From a virus (lineage: Duplodnaviria > Caudoviricetes): a stretch of DNA of 30,881 bases. Positions within the stretch are counted from its first letter, which is position 1. Each line of letters begins with the position of its first letter. The notes below the pieces were generated by a model. That model was not told the DNA's origin. It saw only the letters and a list, made by a program, of their open reading frames with translations, and made no database searches. Below, one piece after another: positions 18,229 through 25,698 of this stretch. A program made the position numbers and the translations under genes. The stretch is from the IMG/VR virus record IMGVR_UViG_3300017978_000092, positions 1-30,881 of that record; one strand, written 5' to 3'.

Positions 18229-18870
18229 ATGTCTACCAAAACTTCAATTATCGCCTATTCGACTGGAGGATCAAACTACGAGCCGATCGCGGCCGGTACT
18301 TACGTTGCACGTTGCTATTCCATGATTCACATGGGAACTGTTAAGGAGTCCTACATGGGCGAAGAGAAATTCATTAATAAGGTCCGCTTATCTTTTGAGC
18401 TTCCGACTGAGCTAAAAGTTTACAAGGAGGAGAACGGCGAACAGCCGGCGGTATTATCTAAGGAGTTCACGCTATCACTATCTGAGAAGTCAAACCTTCG
18501 CGCCTTCTTAAATTCCTGGAGAGGAAAGGCCCTGACAGAGGACGAGTGCAAAGCGTTCGACATCGTTGTCCTAGCTGGCAAACCTTGCACGCTATCTGTG
18601 ATCCATAAGACGTCCAAGGTAAGCGGAAAGACTTACGCTGAGATCGCCTCGATCGGTGGCGTAATGAAGGGAATGGAAGTTCCTCCAATCATTAACCCAC
18701 AGATCGTTTTCTCTGTAACTAACTTTGACCAGGTAGCTTTTGATTCCTTCCCTGATTTCATCAAAGAGAAGATCCAATCTTCGAATGAATACAAGGCGCT
18801 ATCGGTAAGCGCTCCGGCTCCAGTAGTGGAAGAGCCAGCAGTGATCGACGAAGACGATTTACCTTGGTAG
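18229..18870 (+). CDS. ssDNA-binding/replication protein with SSB-like acidic tail
   Basis: AGTY.ARC..I..GT, LSLSEKSNLR..L.SWRG and C-terminal EDDLPW. Confidence 0.65.
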   Translation: MSTKTSIIAYSTGGSNYEPIAAGTYVARCYSMIHMGTVKESYMGEEKFINKVRLSFELPTELKVYKEENGEQPAVLSKEFTLSLSEKSNLRAFLNSWRGKALTEDECKAFDIVVLAGKPCTLSVIHKTSKVSGKTYAEIASIGGVMKGMEVPPIINPQIVFSVTNFDQVAFDSFPDFIKEKIQSSNEYKALSVSAPAPVVEEPAVIDEDDLPW

Positions 18871-18872
18871 TC

Positions 18873-19220
18873 ATGTTCAAGCAAGGGACAAGCTTCATGT
18901 TTAGAAATTCGATCGATTGGTCAGTGAGTTATTTGAAAGACTTCGAGACTAAGTCTGACTTCGATCAGTGGATGGATGAACGACTAAGGGATGGGCTGGT
19001 TTATATCGGGGAAAAATCCAAAGAGATACCAGCCTATCCTCAAGTTTTAAAGCTAGATTTTAAGTACACGTCTGGCGGTTATTCAACTGCAATAGAGCGC
19101 TTCAATTCTAGTGAAGAATATACCAGGTATTGCGACTGGAAATTATCGCAAGGATATAAAGTTATAGGCTCAGAGCCTTACATGGAATTAAAAACAGACC
19201 AAGAAGATGGCACGAATTAA
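18873..19220 (+). CDS. Hypothetical protein with an internal two-fold repeat
   Basis: FETKSDFDQWMDERLRDGLVYIGE resembles FNSSEEYTRYCDWKLSQGYKVIGSE; ATG 18873 preferred as start. Confidence 0.6.
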   Translation: MFKQGTSFMFRNSIDWSVSYLKDFETKSDFDQWMDERLRDGLVYIGEKSKEIPAYPQVLKLDFKYTSGGYSTAIERFNSSEEYTRYCDWKLSQGYKVIGSEPYMELKTDQEDGTN

Positions 19221-19401
19221 AAAAATGGATATTTACAAAGAGGTAGCAGAACGCCTAAATGCTAAGGGGAAGCTTCCATTTAGCGCCAGGGAGTGGAACA
19301 CTGGCTTAGTCCAGCAGACAGTCTACGGGAAACTAAAATACCCGGAAGTAATGGAGGAGTTAAAATTAATCATGCAAGAATATGAAAGAGCAGAAGCTTG
19401 A
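19207..19401 (+). CDS. Small putative DNA-binding protein
   Basis: YKEVAERLNAKG......EWN...V pattern. Confidence 0.5.
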   Translation: MARIKKMDIYKEVAERLNAKGKLPFSAREWNTGLVQQTVYGKLKYPEVMEELKLIMQEYERAEA

Positions 19402-19567
19402 TTTTAACGCCTGGATGGATCACATATCTAACCAGCTCCAGGAGGATTATCGTAAACTTTACTATTCATCTAAATTCAAACAAGATGCTAACATTCAAAG
19501 AGTATCACGCAAAGAATCAAAAGATATACGAAGAGTTCAAACGCTTCGCCTTTTTGCTGATCAATAA
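19382..19567 (+). CDS. Hypothetical protein
   Basis: 61-aa ORF overlapping both neighbours. Confidence 0.4.
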   Translation: MKEQKLDFNAWMDHISNQLQEDYRKLYYSSKFKQDANIQRVSRKESKDIRRVQTLRLFADQ

Positions 19568-19751
19568 CGGTCACAAAAAAATAGGAGCCAAGCAGATCTT
19601 CGAAAGGATCAGATGGGAGTCAATGATTGAAAGGACTGATCGATACAAATGCAATAATAACTATACGGCAGATTATGCTAGAAAGTTCGAATCAGACTTC
19701 CCATATCTGGAAGGTATTTTCTTCCACAGAATTAGGAAAGTAAAAAATTAG
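19485..19751 (+). CDS. Conserved-looking phage hypothetical protein
   Basis: F..YH..N..IYE.F, IFERIRWE and NNNY.A.YAR.F motifs; start revised to ATG 19485. Confidence 0.65.
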   Translation: MLTFKEYHAKNQKIYEEFKRFAFLLINNGHKKIGAKQIFERIRWESMIERTDRYKCNNNYTADYARKFESDFPYLEGIFFHRIRKVKN

Positions 19752-19759
19752 TATATTTG
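19752..19759 (+). promoter_or_regulatory. Bacteroidota -7 promoter TATATTTG
   Basis: Exact TAnnTTTG, intergenic, followed by a hairpin leader. Confidence 0.6.
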
Positions 19760-19804
19760 TAAACCGGGCCGGTCATGTAGGCTGGCCCACATCTAACCAA
19801 TAAA

Positions 19805-19996
19805 ATGACAAGAAAGCAATTCGCAGCAAGTTTAGTAAAGCGTTTCCAGGAAGCGCACCCACAGATCAAGAAAAATAAAGAGGAGGCAATCGCTTCCGCA
19901 ATCCTAGGCGCTGAGATAGTCATGGAAGCGATTCACGCTGGAGACTTAGATCTTAGCCACTGGGCAGAATTAAGAGAGGATCTAATAAATCTGTAA
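19805..19996 (+). CDS. Small helical protein, MTPKEKA-like family paralog 1
   Basis: MTRKQFA..LV..F / A..SAIL / W.EL.E.L..L pattern. Confidence 0.6.
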   Translation: MTRKQFAASLVKRFQEAHPQIKKNKEEAIASAILGAEIVMEAIHAGDLDLSHWAELREDLINL

Positions 19997-19999
19997 GCC

Positions 20000-20215
20000 A
20001 TGACACCGAAAGAAAAAGCAGTAGAAATAAGATTTACATTCTGGAGATATGCAGATGTAGATTCAGAACAAGCGACTAGGTGTGCATTAATTGCTATTGA
20101 TGAGATATTAAAATCAAATCCAATTATGCCTTTATCTTATATGCTTGAAAGTGAAGCATTAGATGCAGGAATTAATTATTGGAAAAAAGTAAAACAAGAA
20201 ATAAAAAAGCTATGA
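20000..20215 (+). CDS. Small helical protein, MTPKEKA family paralog 2 (AT-rich)
   Basis: MTPKEKA...A.RCALIAIDEIL...YWKKVKQEIKKL. Confidence 0.7.
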   Translation: MTPKEKAVEIRFTFWRYADVDSEQATRCALIAIDEILKSNPIMPLSYMLESEALDAGINYWKKVKQEIKKL

Positions 20216-20412
20216 CACCGAAAGAAAAAGCAGACGATATAATTAACTATATCAGCGATACTCATCTAAAGCAATACGGAAAGATTCAGATGAAATACGT
20301 CCTAGAAGAAGCCCTGGAAAACTCCAGGCTGATAATTAAAAATAGGATCATTGACGGACTAGACGCGACGTACTGGCGTGAGGTAGTTAATCACATTAAG
20401 GAAAGACAATGA
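20212..20412 (+). CDS. Small helical protein, MTPKEKA family paralog 3
   Basis: Start at ATG 20212; first 22 nt identical to 20000-20021; ends YWREVVNHIK. Confidence 0.7.
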   Translation: MTPKEKADDIINYISDTHLKQYGKIQMKYVLEEALENSRLIIKNRIIDGLDATYWREVVNHIKERQ

Positions 20413-20600
20413 CACTAGAGGACCAATGCTTTCACGCTGTGGTAAACGTGCGAATCGCACACGAACAGCAAACGATTTCGGACTATTCTAAGATCATGAA
20501 ATACTACAATCCAGAGGTCAAAGCCTTCGATCTGATCCTGGATAAGATCAGTGAAGCGGAGGCAGAGATCCAGCGATTAACGGAGCTGTTAAATTCTTAG
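20409..20600 (+). CDS. Hypothetical protein with C-terminal coiled coil
   Basis: 63-aa ORF, ATGA-coupled to the upstream gene. Confidence 0.6.
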   Translation: MTLEDQCFHAVVNVRIAHEQQTISDYSKIMKYYNPEVKAFDLILDKISEAEAEIQRLTELLNS

Positions 20601-20606
20601 AAATAA

Positions 20607-20637
20607 TTTGTTATTTAAAAATTTTGTTTTAAATTCG
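20607..20637 (+). promoter_or_regulatory. Bacteroidota-type promoter TTTG-N19-TAAATTCG
   Basis: -33 TTTG at 20607-20610 and -7 variant at 20630-20637 with canonical spacing. Confidence 0.55.
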
Positions 20638-20641
20638 AACA

Positions 20642-20730
20642 TATTCAGCGGAAGGGGTGAGAGTCTTCCGGTGAATACGGGTTAAAAAACCACTAAGCCA
20701 GTCTGATCTCTCACTCAGCTGGCTTTTTTA
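20642..20730 (+). ncRNA. Structured leader/attenuator RNA with complementary loops
   Basis: Hairpin 20642-20677, mini-hairpin 20680-20691 and terminator hairpin 20695-20725 plus T tract; loops GTGAGAG and CTCTCAC are complementary. Confidence 0.65.
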
Positions 20731-20740
20731 TTTTACTAAA

Positions 20741-20911
20741 ATGAAAAATTCAAACAATCTAAGTTTTATTGAGATTTTAACTTTAATCTTAATAACATTG
20801 AAATTAACTAATCAAATTGACTGGAGCTGGTATAGTGTATGGACTCCATTAGTTTTAAGAGAGTTATTTTATTTAATAGCTAAATATATTATTGATAAAA
20901 CTTATAAATAA
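20741..20911 (+). CDS. Small membrane protein (56 aa, LKL...IDWSW..VW.P motif)
   Basis: MKNSNNLSFIEILTLILITLKLTNQIDWSWYSVWTPLVLRELFYLIAKYIIDKTYK; too short for the ORF track. Confidence 0.7.
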   Translation: MKNSNNLSFIEILTLILITLKLTNQIDWSWYSVWTPLVLRELFYLIAKYIIDKTYK

Positions 20912-20912
20912 T

Positions 20913-21611
20913 ATGGCGGCATTTCGAAAAATATCGGTCACTTTCTGGAGCGATTCCTTCATTGGGGATCTAACACCAGAGCAGAAATACTTTTACTTGT
21001 ATTTGATGACAAATGACAAGACTACTCAGTGCGGAATATACGAGACATCAATCAGAAAGATCTGCTTCGATACTGGTTACAACTCCGAAACGGTCCTAAA
21101 ATTATTAGATTTCTTTCAGGAGAAAAACAAAATCAGATTCTCAAAAGAGACCAATGAAATCGCGCTTTTGAACTGGGTTAAGTTCAATGACTCGAATTCT
21201 CCTAAAGTTTTGTCATGTGTTGAAAAAGAACTAAAGAACGTAAAAAATACAGTATTGATACAGTATCTATACAGTATGGATACTCAATCGCAAGAAGAAG
21301 AAGAAGAAGAAAAACAAGAAGAAGAATATAAGAGTAATGATTTTGAAATCTTCTGGAATTCTTACGGAAAGAAAGTCGATCGAGTAAAATGTGAAAAGGC
21401 TTGGAAGAAATTGAAGAAGCAAGAGATCGAGAAAATCCTGGAGACTATTAATCGATACGTCGGAGCTAATCCAGATATTCAATACCGAAAGAATCCACTT
21501 ACCTATCTGAATGGGAAGTGCTTCAACGATGAGCTTCCAGGATTAGGAAGAAATCAAAATAATATTTTACCTTTGAACGACAAACCTATAATAAATCAAG
21601 AATGGCTTTAA
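20913..21611 (+). CDS. Replication initiator/replisome organiser
   Basis: FRKI...FW.D...LTPE.KYFYLYL.TN..T..CGIY N-terminus; C-terminal FE.FW..Y.KK...KAW.KL...P.TYLN; internal iterons; upstream of DnaB. Confidence 0.8.
   Translation: MAAFRKISVTFWSDSFIGDLTPEQKYFYLYLMTNDKTTQCGIYETSIRKICFDTGYNSETVLKLLDFFQEKNKIRFSKETNEIALLNWVKFNDSNSPKVLSCVEKELKNVKNTVLIQYLYSMDTQSQEEEEEEKQEEEYKSNDFEIFWNSYGKKVDRVKCEKAWKKLKKQEIEKILETINRYVGANPDIQYRKNPLTYLNGKCFNDELPGLGRNQNNILPLNDKPIINQEWL
21247..21330. repeat. Probable replication origin: three ATACAGTAT iterons (11-bp period) plus a GAA-rich tract
   Basis: ATACAGTAT at 21247, 21258 and 21269, half-site at 21280, then a purine run at ~21292-21327, all inside the initiator gene. 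Confidence 0.65.
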
Positions 21612-23011
21612 AACTAAACCTTAGCGATATACACCTTGAGAAGGACATCATCGCTCACTTACTCAGTTATCCTCACTTATTTTCGGAGGCTGACAAAATA
21701 ATCAATGCTGAATCGTTCACTGACACTTTATTTAAGGCGTCATATTTGGCGTTTAAGGAACTATCGCTAGAAGATAAGAGGATCACTAGAGCAGATGTAT
21801 TTCGTGTCCTTAAAAGCAAAGAAAAAGAGAAAGGAATTTCTTCTGAGCTGGTCCTGAAATTAATGCCAGACCGAGTGATCAACCTGGAAGATTCCTGCTA
21901 TCTGCTAAAAGAGACAGAAGGAAAGAGAAGATTTCACGATCTGGCCTTCAAGATCCAGGCGGCGATCCTTGATAACAAAGAAGTCTCAGACTTACAGACG
22001 ATCATCGAGAAAGAGATGGACTCACTAGAGCGATCTATCGAATCGACAGAGGTGTTCGACATCGCTAATCTTTATGACGATGTGATCAATCGCCTAGAGG
22101 CAAATGCTGGAAAGATAAAATTCTCAGGGATCGACACTGGATCGCGTGAACTTAATTACATCCTTGGAGGATTCCAGGAAGGTATGACGGTCATCGCTGG
22201 GCGTCCAGGTATGGGAAAGACAGTCGCTGGATTACAACACGCTAAGAGCGCTGCTAAATCTGGTAAACGAGTTCTATTCCTTTCGCTTGAGATGCCAAAG
22301 GAGTCGCTCATGTATCGTCTTATCAGCTCCGAGAATTGCGACTATAAATACAGCGATCTAAAAGCTAACCGAGTGAAGCCGGACGATATACTTAAAATCC
22401 GCAACTCGAACGCGTCGATTCTTAAATCGCTTCCGATCTTCTTCTATGACTCCGATAATCGCGACATCAACTATCTGTCGATGATCCTGACATCGGAAGC
22501 CAAGCGAAATAAAATTGACCTGGTAGTCATCGACTATCTGCAACTAATCAGAGACAATCAACTCAAGGATCAGTCAGATTTTGCTCAGGTTTCTTCCGTA
22601 TCGAATAAGATCCAGAAGCTAACTAGGAAGCTAAAGATTCCGATCATCGCTTTGTCTCAATTATCTAGAGGCATTGAGGGAAGATCATCAAGACTTCCTC
22701 AGCTCTCAGACATTAGAAGCTCTGGTAATGTCGAGCAGGACGCGATCGCAGTGATCGGATTATATCGCGACGATTACTATAAATACACCGACGCCAGGGC
22801 TAACAATACAGCCAAGGGACCAGACGATAATATCCTGAACTATGTGATCCTTAAAAATAGAGACGGGGAAACTTGCACGATCGATCGCTATGTGGATATT
22901 ACGACAAACCGAATCGCGGATTCTTATGATGAGCTAAGAGCTTATCAGGGTTTAATTAAAGAGACGGTTTTAAATACAATAAATAACACCTTTGAGGAGG
23001 CTAAATTTTAG
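21602..23011 (+). CDS. dnaB: Replicative DNA helicase (DnaB family)
   Basis: GRPGMGKT, FLSLEM, IDYLQL, LSQLSR, SG.VEQDA and KNRDG motifs. Confidence 0.95.
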   Translation: MALKLNLSDIHLEKDIIAHLLSYPHLFSEADKIINAESFTDTLFKASYLAFKELSLEDKRITRADVFRVLKSKEKEKGISSELVLKLMPDRVINLEDSCYLLKETEGKRRFHDLAFKIQAAILDNKEVSDLQTIIEKEMDSLERSIESTEVFDIANLYDDVINRLEANAGKIKFSGIDTGSRELNYILGGFQEGMTVIAGRPGMGKTVAGLQHAKSAAKSGKRVLFLSLEMPKESLMYRLISSENCDYKYSDLKANRVKPDDILKIRNSNASILKSLPIFFYDSDNRDINYLSMILTSEAKRNKIDLVVIDYLQLIRDNQLKDQSDFAQVSSVSNKIQKLTRKLKIPIIALSQLSRGIEGRSSRLPQLSDIRSSGNVEQDAIAVIGLYRDDYYKYTDARANNTAKGPDDNILNYVILKNRDGETCTIDRYVDITTNRIADSYDELRAYQGLIKETVLNTINNTFEEAKF

Positions 23012-23014
23012 GAG

Positions 23015-23698
23015 ATGTCTATTACTAAAAAGTATTCTGTAAAACCTATTAATTCTGACCAGACTTACGATTGGTTATTGCATAAACATTATGCTAAAAG
23101 AATTCCTTCGATATCTTATGCATTTGGCTTATTTAATATAGACAATATTTTACAAGGAGTAATTACCTATGGGACACCAGTAAGTTCTACATTAAGGTCT
23201 TTATGGAAAGATGAGTATAAATTAATTGAGCTAAATAGATTGGTAATTAATGATAATTTAGAAAAAAATTCTTTAAGCTTTTTAGTATCTCAATCTTTAA
23301 ATATGTTACCAAAGCCTTTAATTATTGTTTCTTATGCAGATTCTTCTCAAAATCATCATGGATATATTTATCAAGCAACTAATTGGATTTATACTGGTTT
23401 ATCAATTCCTTTTAAGGATTATTTTATTGAGGGATTAGAGCACATGCATCACGGAACAATATATGATTTAAGCAGAGGTAAAAAAAATAGGACTGAATGG
23501 TTAAAAGAAAAATTTGGAGACAAATTAATTATTAAAGAACGGTCAAGAAAACATAGGTATTTTTATTTTTTAGCAAATAAAAGAGATAAAAAAAACATAA
23601 TTAAAATGCTTCCATATGAAATTTTACCTTATCCTAAGGGAGAAAATAAAAAATACGATTCAAGTTTTAAACCAGAGGTTCAATTAAATTTATTTTAA
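23015..23698 (+). CDS. mom: Mom-like adenine-modifying GNAT enzyme
   Basis: KHY....S...FGL, GVITYG, ELNRL and VSYAD..Q.H.GYIYQATNWIYTG signature. Confidence 0.8.
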   Translation: MSITKKYSVKPINSDQTYDWLLHKHYAKRIPSISYAFGLFNIDNILQGVITYGTPVSSTLRSLWKDEYKLIELNRLVINDNLEKNSLSFLVSQSLNMLPKPLIIVSYADSSQNHHGYIYQATNWIYTGLSIPFKDYFIEGLEHMHHGTIYDLSRGKKNRTEWLKEKFGDKLIIKERSRKHRYFYFLANKRDKKNIIKMLPYEILPYPKGENKKYDSSFKPEVQLNLF

Positions 23699-23709
23699 TA
23701 ATAATAGTT

Positions 23710-23814
23710 ATGTTAAATAAAGACACATTATTTTTTTTATTATCAATATATGCAATATTTTTTGGAGGCTTTGCATTAGGGTTTTATTTATACAAAATTT
23801 TAAAGGATAAGTAA
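23710..23814 (+). CDS. Small single-TM peptide (34 aa)
   Basis: MLNKDTLFFLLSIYAIFFGGFALGFYLYKILKDK; TAATG-coupled to the next gene. Confidence 0.55.
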   Translation: MLNKDTLFFLLSIYAIFFGGFALGFYLYKILKDK

Positions 23815-24028
23815 TGGAAGAGAAACAAACAGCAGTTAAATGGTTAGTAAAGTATATGGAAACTTATTTTCATTTAACAGATGATTCAAGAGAAGCTTTT
23901 AAGGTAGCTTTAGAAAAAGAAAAGAACAAATTTGTCAAGCATATTTAGAAGGGCTTAGTTCTATTCTTGAACATAGAGATGAAGAAGAATATTATGATGA
24001 AACCTATATAAAAAAAATAAAATCATGA
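23814..24028 (+). pseudogene. Frameshifted small gene (KQTAV..L / EKEQI..AY / YY.ETY family)
   Basis: Frame 0 stops at TAG 23946-23948; a -1 shift at GAA AAG (23919-23924) restores EKEKEQICQAYLEG...YYDETY ending at an ATGA overlap with rusA. Confidence 0.6.
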
Positions 24029-24372
24029 TCGTAATAAAAGGCCAGGTGCCTAGTAAGTCAAACGGATACCGGATCGGAGGAAATCGCCTCTATAAGACCG
24101 TTGATCTAAAGGAGTACGAAGTGAGCTTCGAGTGGCAGATCAGAAAGCACAGAGGCGAAACGATCAGCGTTCCCTTCCAGATCTGGATCGATGTCTACTT
24201 CCAATCTAATAGATCTGACCTAGACAACGCGGCGAAGGTAATCCTTGACTGCCTCCAGAATTGTGGCATGATTCAGAACGATCGACTCTGTTCGGTCCTG
24301 GTCATGAGGAAGCACATCGATAAAATGGATCCTAGAATTGAGTTTGAGATAAAAAAAATAAATGAAAAATAA
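24025..24372 (+). CDS. rusA: RusA-family Holliday junction resolvase
   Basis: PSKSN and R.DLDN..K.ILD.L......ND motifs. Confidence 0.85.
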   Translation: MIVIKGQVPSKSNGYRIGGNRLYKTVDLKEYEVSFEWQIRKHRGETISVPFQIWIDVYFQSNRSDLDNAAKVILDCLQNCGMIQNDRLCSVLVMRKHIDKMDPRIEFEIKKINEK

Positions 24373-24625
24373 AATGGAAAAGAATTTGACGGCAGTTATG
24401 CAAATTATTGAAAGAGCAAAAAAATACCCTAGTAAGGAAATAAGAGATTATATTCTATCTCAGATTATTAAAGAAGAAGAAAGTATTGAGATAGAGAAGG
24501 AGCAGTTAAAAGAAGCTCACGGAGAAAGAAGGCAACACATAGGCATTAATGAAAAAGGAGATTTAGAAATTTGTGATATTACTGCTGGATACTATTACGA
24601 AAAAACCTACGGTATTGGACACTAA
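24362..24625 (+). CDS. Hypothetical protein, paralog of the 23814 gene (AT-rich)
   Basis: LTAV..I, EKEQLKEAH and YYYEKTY motifs. Confidence 0.6.
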   Translation: MKNKMEKNLTAVMQIIERAKKYPSKEIRDYILSQIIKEEESIEIEKEQLKEAHGERRQHIGINEKGDLEICDITAGYYYEKTYGIGH

Positions 24626-24842
24626 TAAAAATCTGCCGGACAATTATAAGCTGTGCATCGCCTGGATCGAGTCAGAATTGACACGAGAGACACGATCGAT
24701 CACTCTGCCTGGTGTTATCATCAACGACTTAAATCATTCGCTTAGAATCAATCTTTTGCGAATCTTAAATAATCACGGATCCGAGCGGAGGGCTGCCTTC
24801 CTTCGGACCAAAAGAATAAAGGACTATCTAAATAAAAATTGA
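24573..24842 (+). CDS. Hypothetical protein (true start uncertain, possibly near 24615)
   Basis: ORF with genome-typical codon usage in its 3' part. Confidence 0.55.
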   Translation: MILLLDTITKKPTVLDTNKNLPDNYKLCIAWIESELTRETRSITLPGVIINDLNHSLRINLLRILNNHGSERRAAFLRTKRIKDYLNKN

Positions 24843-24843
24843 C

Positions 24844-25053
24844 ATGGACAGATACGCGTTTGGAGATTTGCATAAGCTTCAAAATAAAATTGGAGAAGCT
24901 GAAATAGGTAAAACCAATTTAGACGATTATAAGGTAGCTTTATTAGTTTGTCAAGTTATAAAAGAAGAACTCTATAATTATAGCGACAGAATGGAATCCT
25001 ACAAAGCCTGGAATGAAATAGAAAAACTTTTATTAGAGAAAAAATTTGTATGA
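24844..25053 (+). CDS. Small helical protein, divergent MTPKEKA-like paralog 4 (AT-rich)
   Basis: KVALLVCQVI...WNEIEKLL. Confidence 0.55.
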   Translation: MDRYAFGDLHKLQNKIGEAEIGKTNLDDYKVALLVCQVIKEELYNYSDRMESYKAWNEIEKLLLEKKFV

Positions 25054-25394
25054 AAAAGCTAAAAGAAAAAGAGACGATCATTATCTACGCTGGTCTGATC
25101 AATTCACTGATCGATCACATCGAGGCAGACTTCCGGCCGTCGATCTTTAATCGCCAGGCGCTTAAGATGAAATCAAACAGCGTCCTTGATGAATTACTCA
25201 AGATCGAGCAGGAGATCTACAAAGGCGATCCGAGCGGAGAAGTCACTGATCAGTACCTGGATGCCGGGAAGCTTATGATCCTATTCTTTCGCCTAGGCTT
25301 GGAGATGACTGAAATGTCAGAGACTAAGAGCGAAGGTCTTAATACTCAGCTGAATATATTATTAAAAAATTACGGCATAAATTTGGAGTTTTAA
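25050..25394 (+). CDS. Hypothetical protein
   Basis: 114-aa helical ORF, ATGA-coupled. Confidence 0.65.
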   Translation: MKKLKEKETIIIYAGLINSLIDHIEADFRPSIFNRQALKMKSNSVLDELLKIEQEIYKGDPSGEVTDQYLDAGKLMILFFRLGLEMTEMSETKSEGLNTQLNILLKNYGINLEF

Positions 25395-25434
25395 AAAAGA
25401 TTTTTTAAACTTTGTAAAACCAAACGAAATACCA

Positions 25435-25698
25435 ATGAATAGTAACGCTGAGCAAGTGGTCAAACCTGATCACTATCAAGGAAAGGGAGGACTCCAGGCG
25501 ATTGACGTGATCGATGCTTTTGGGCTTGGGTTCTCCCTAGGTAACGTCATCAAGTACGTTCTTAGAGCAGGCAAGAAACAAGATCGTCTTCAGGACCTTG
25601 AGAAAGCGATGGAATACTTAAAGTTTGAAATCGAAAACACGAAGAAGATCGTTAAGGAAGTCGAAGCTTACATCGCTAGTTTACCAGAGGACTTATAG
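25435..25698 (+). CDS. DUF3310-family protein (T7 gp1.7-like nucleotide-kinase domain)
   Basis: P.HY......AIDVI....F.LGNVIKY..RAGKK....DL.KA..YL. Confidence 0.85.
   Translation: MNSNAEQVVKPDHYQGKGGLQAIDVIDAFGLGFSLGNVIKYVLRAGKKQDRLQDLEKAMEYLKFEIENTKKIVKEVEAYIASLPEDL

Noticed and set aside
22741-22750. Cyanobacterial HIP1 (GCGATCGC) as the cause of the GATC excess
   Set aside because: The full octamer is only occasional, flanks of GATC vary, and promoters and leaders point to a Bacteroidota host.
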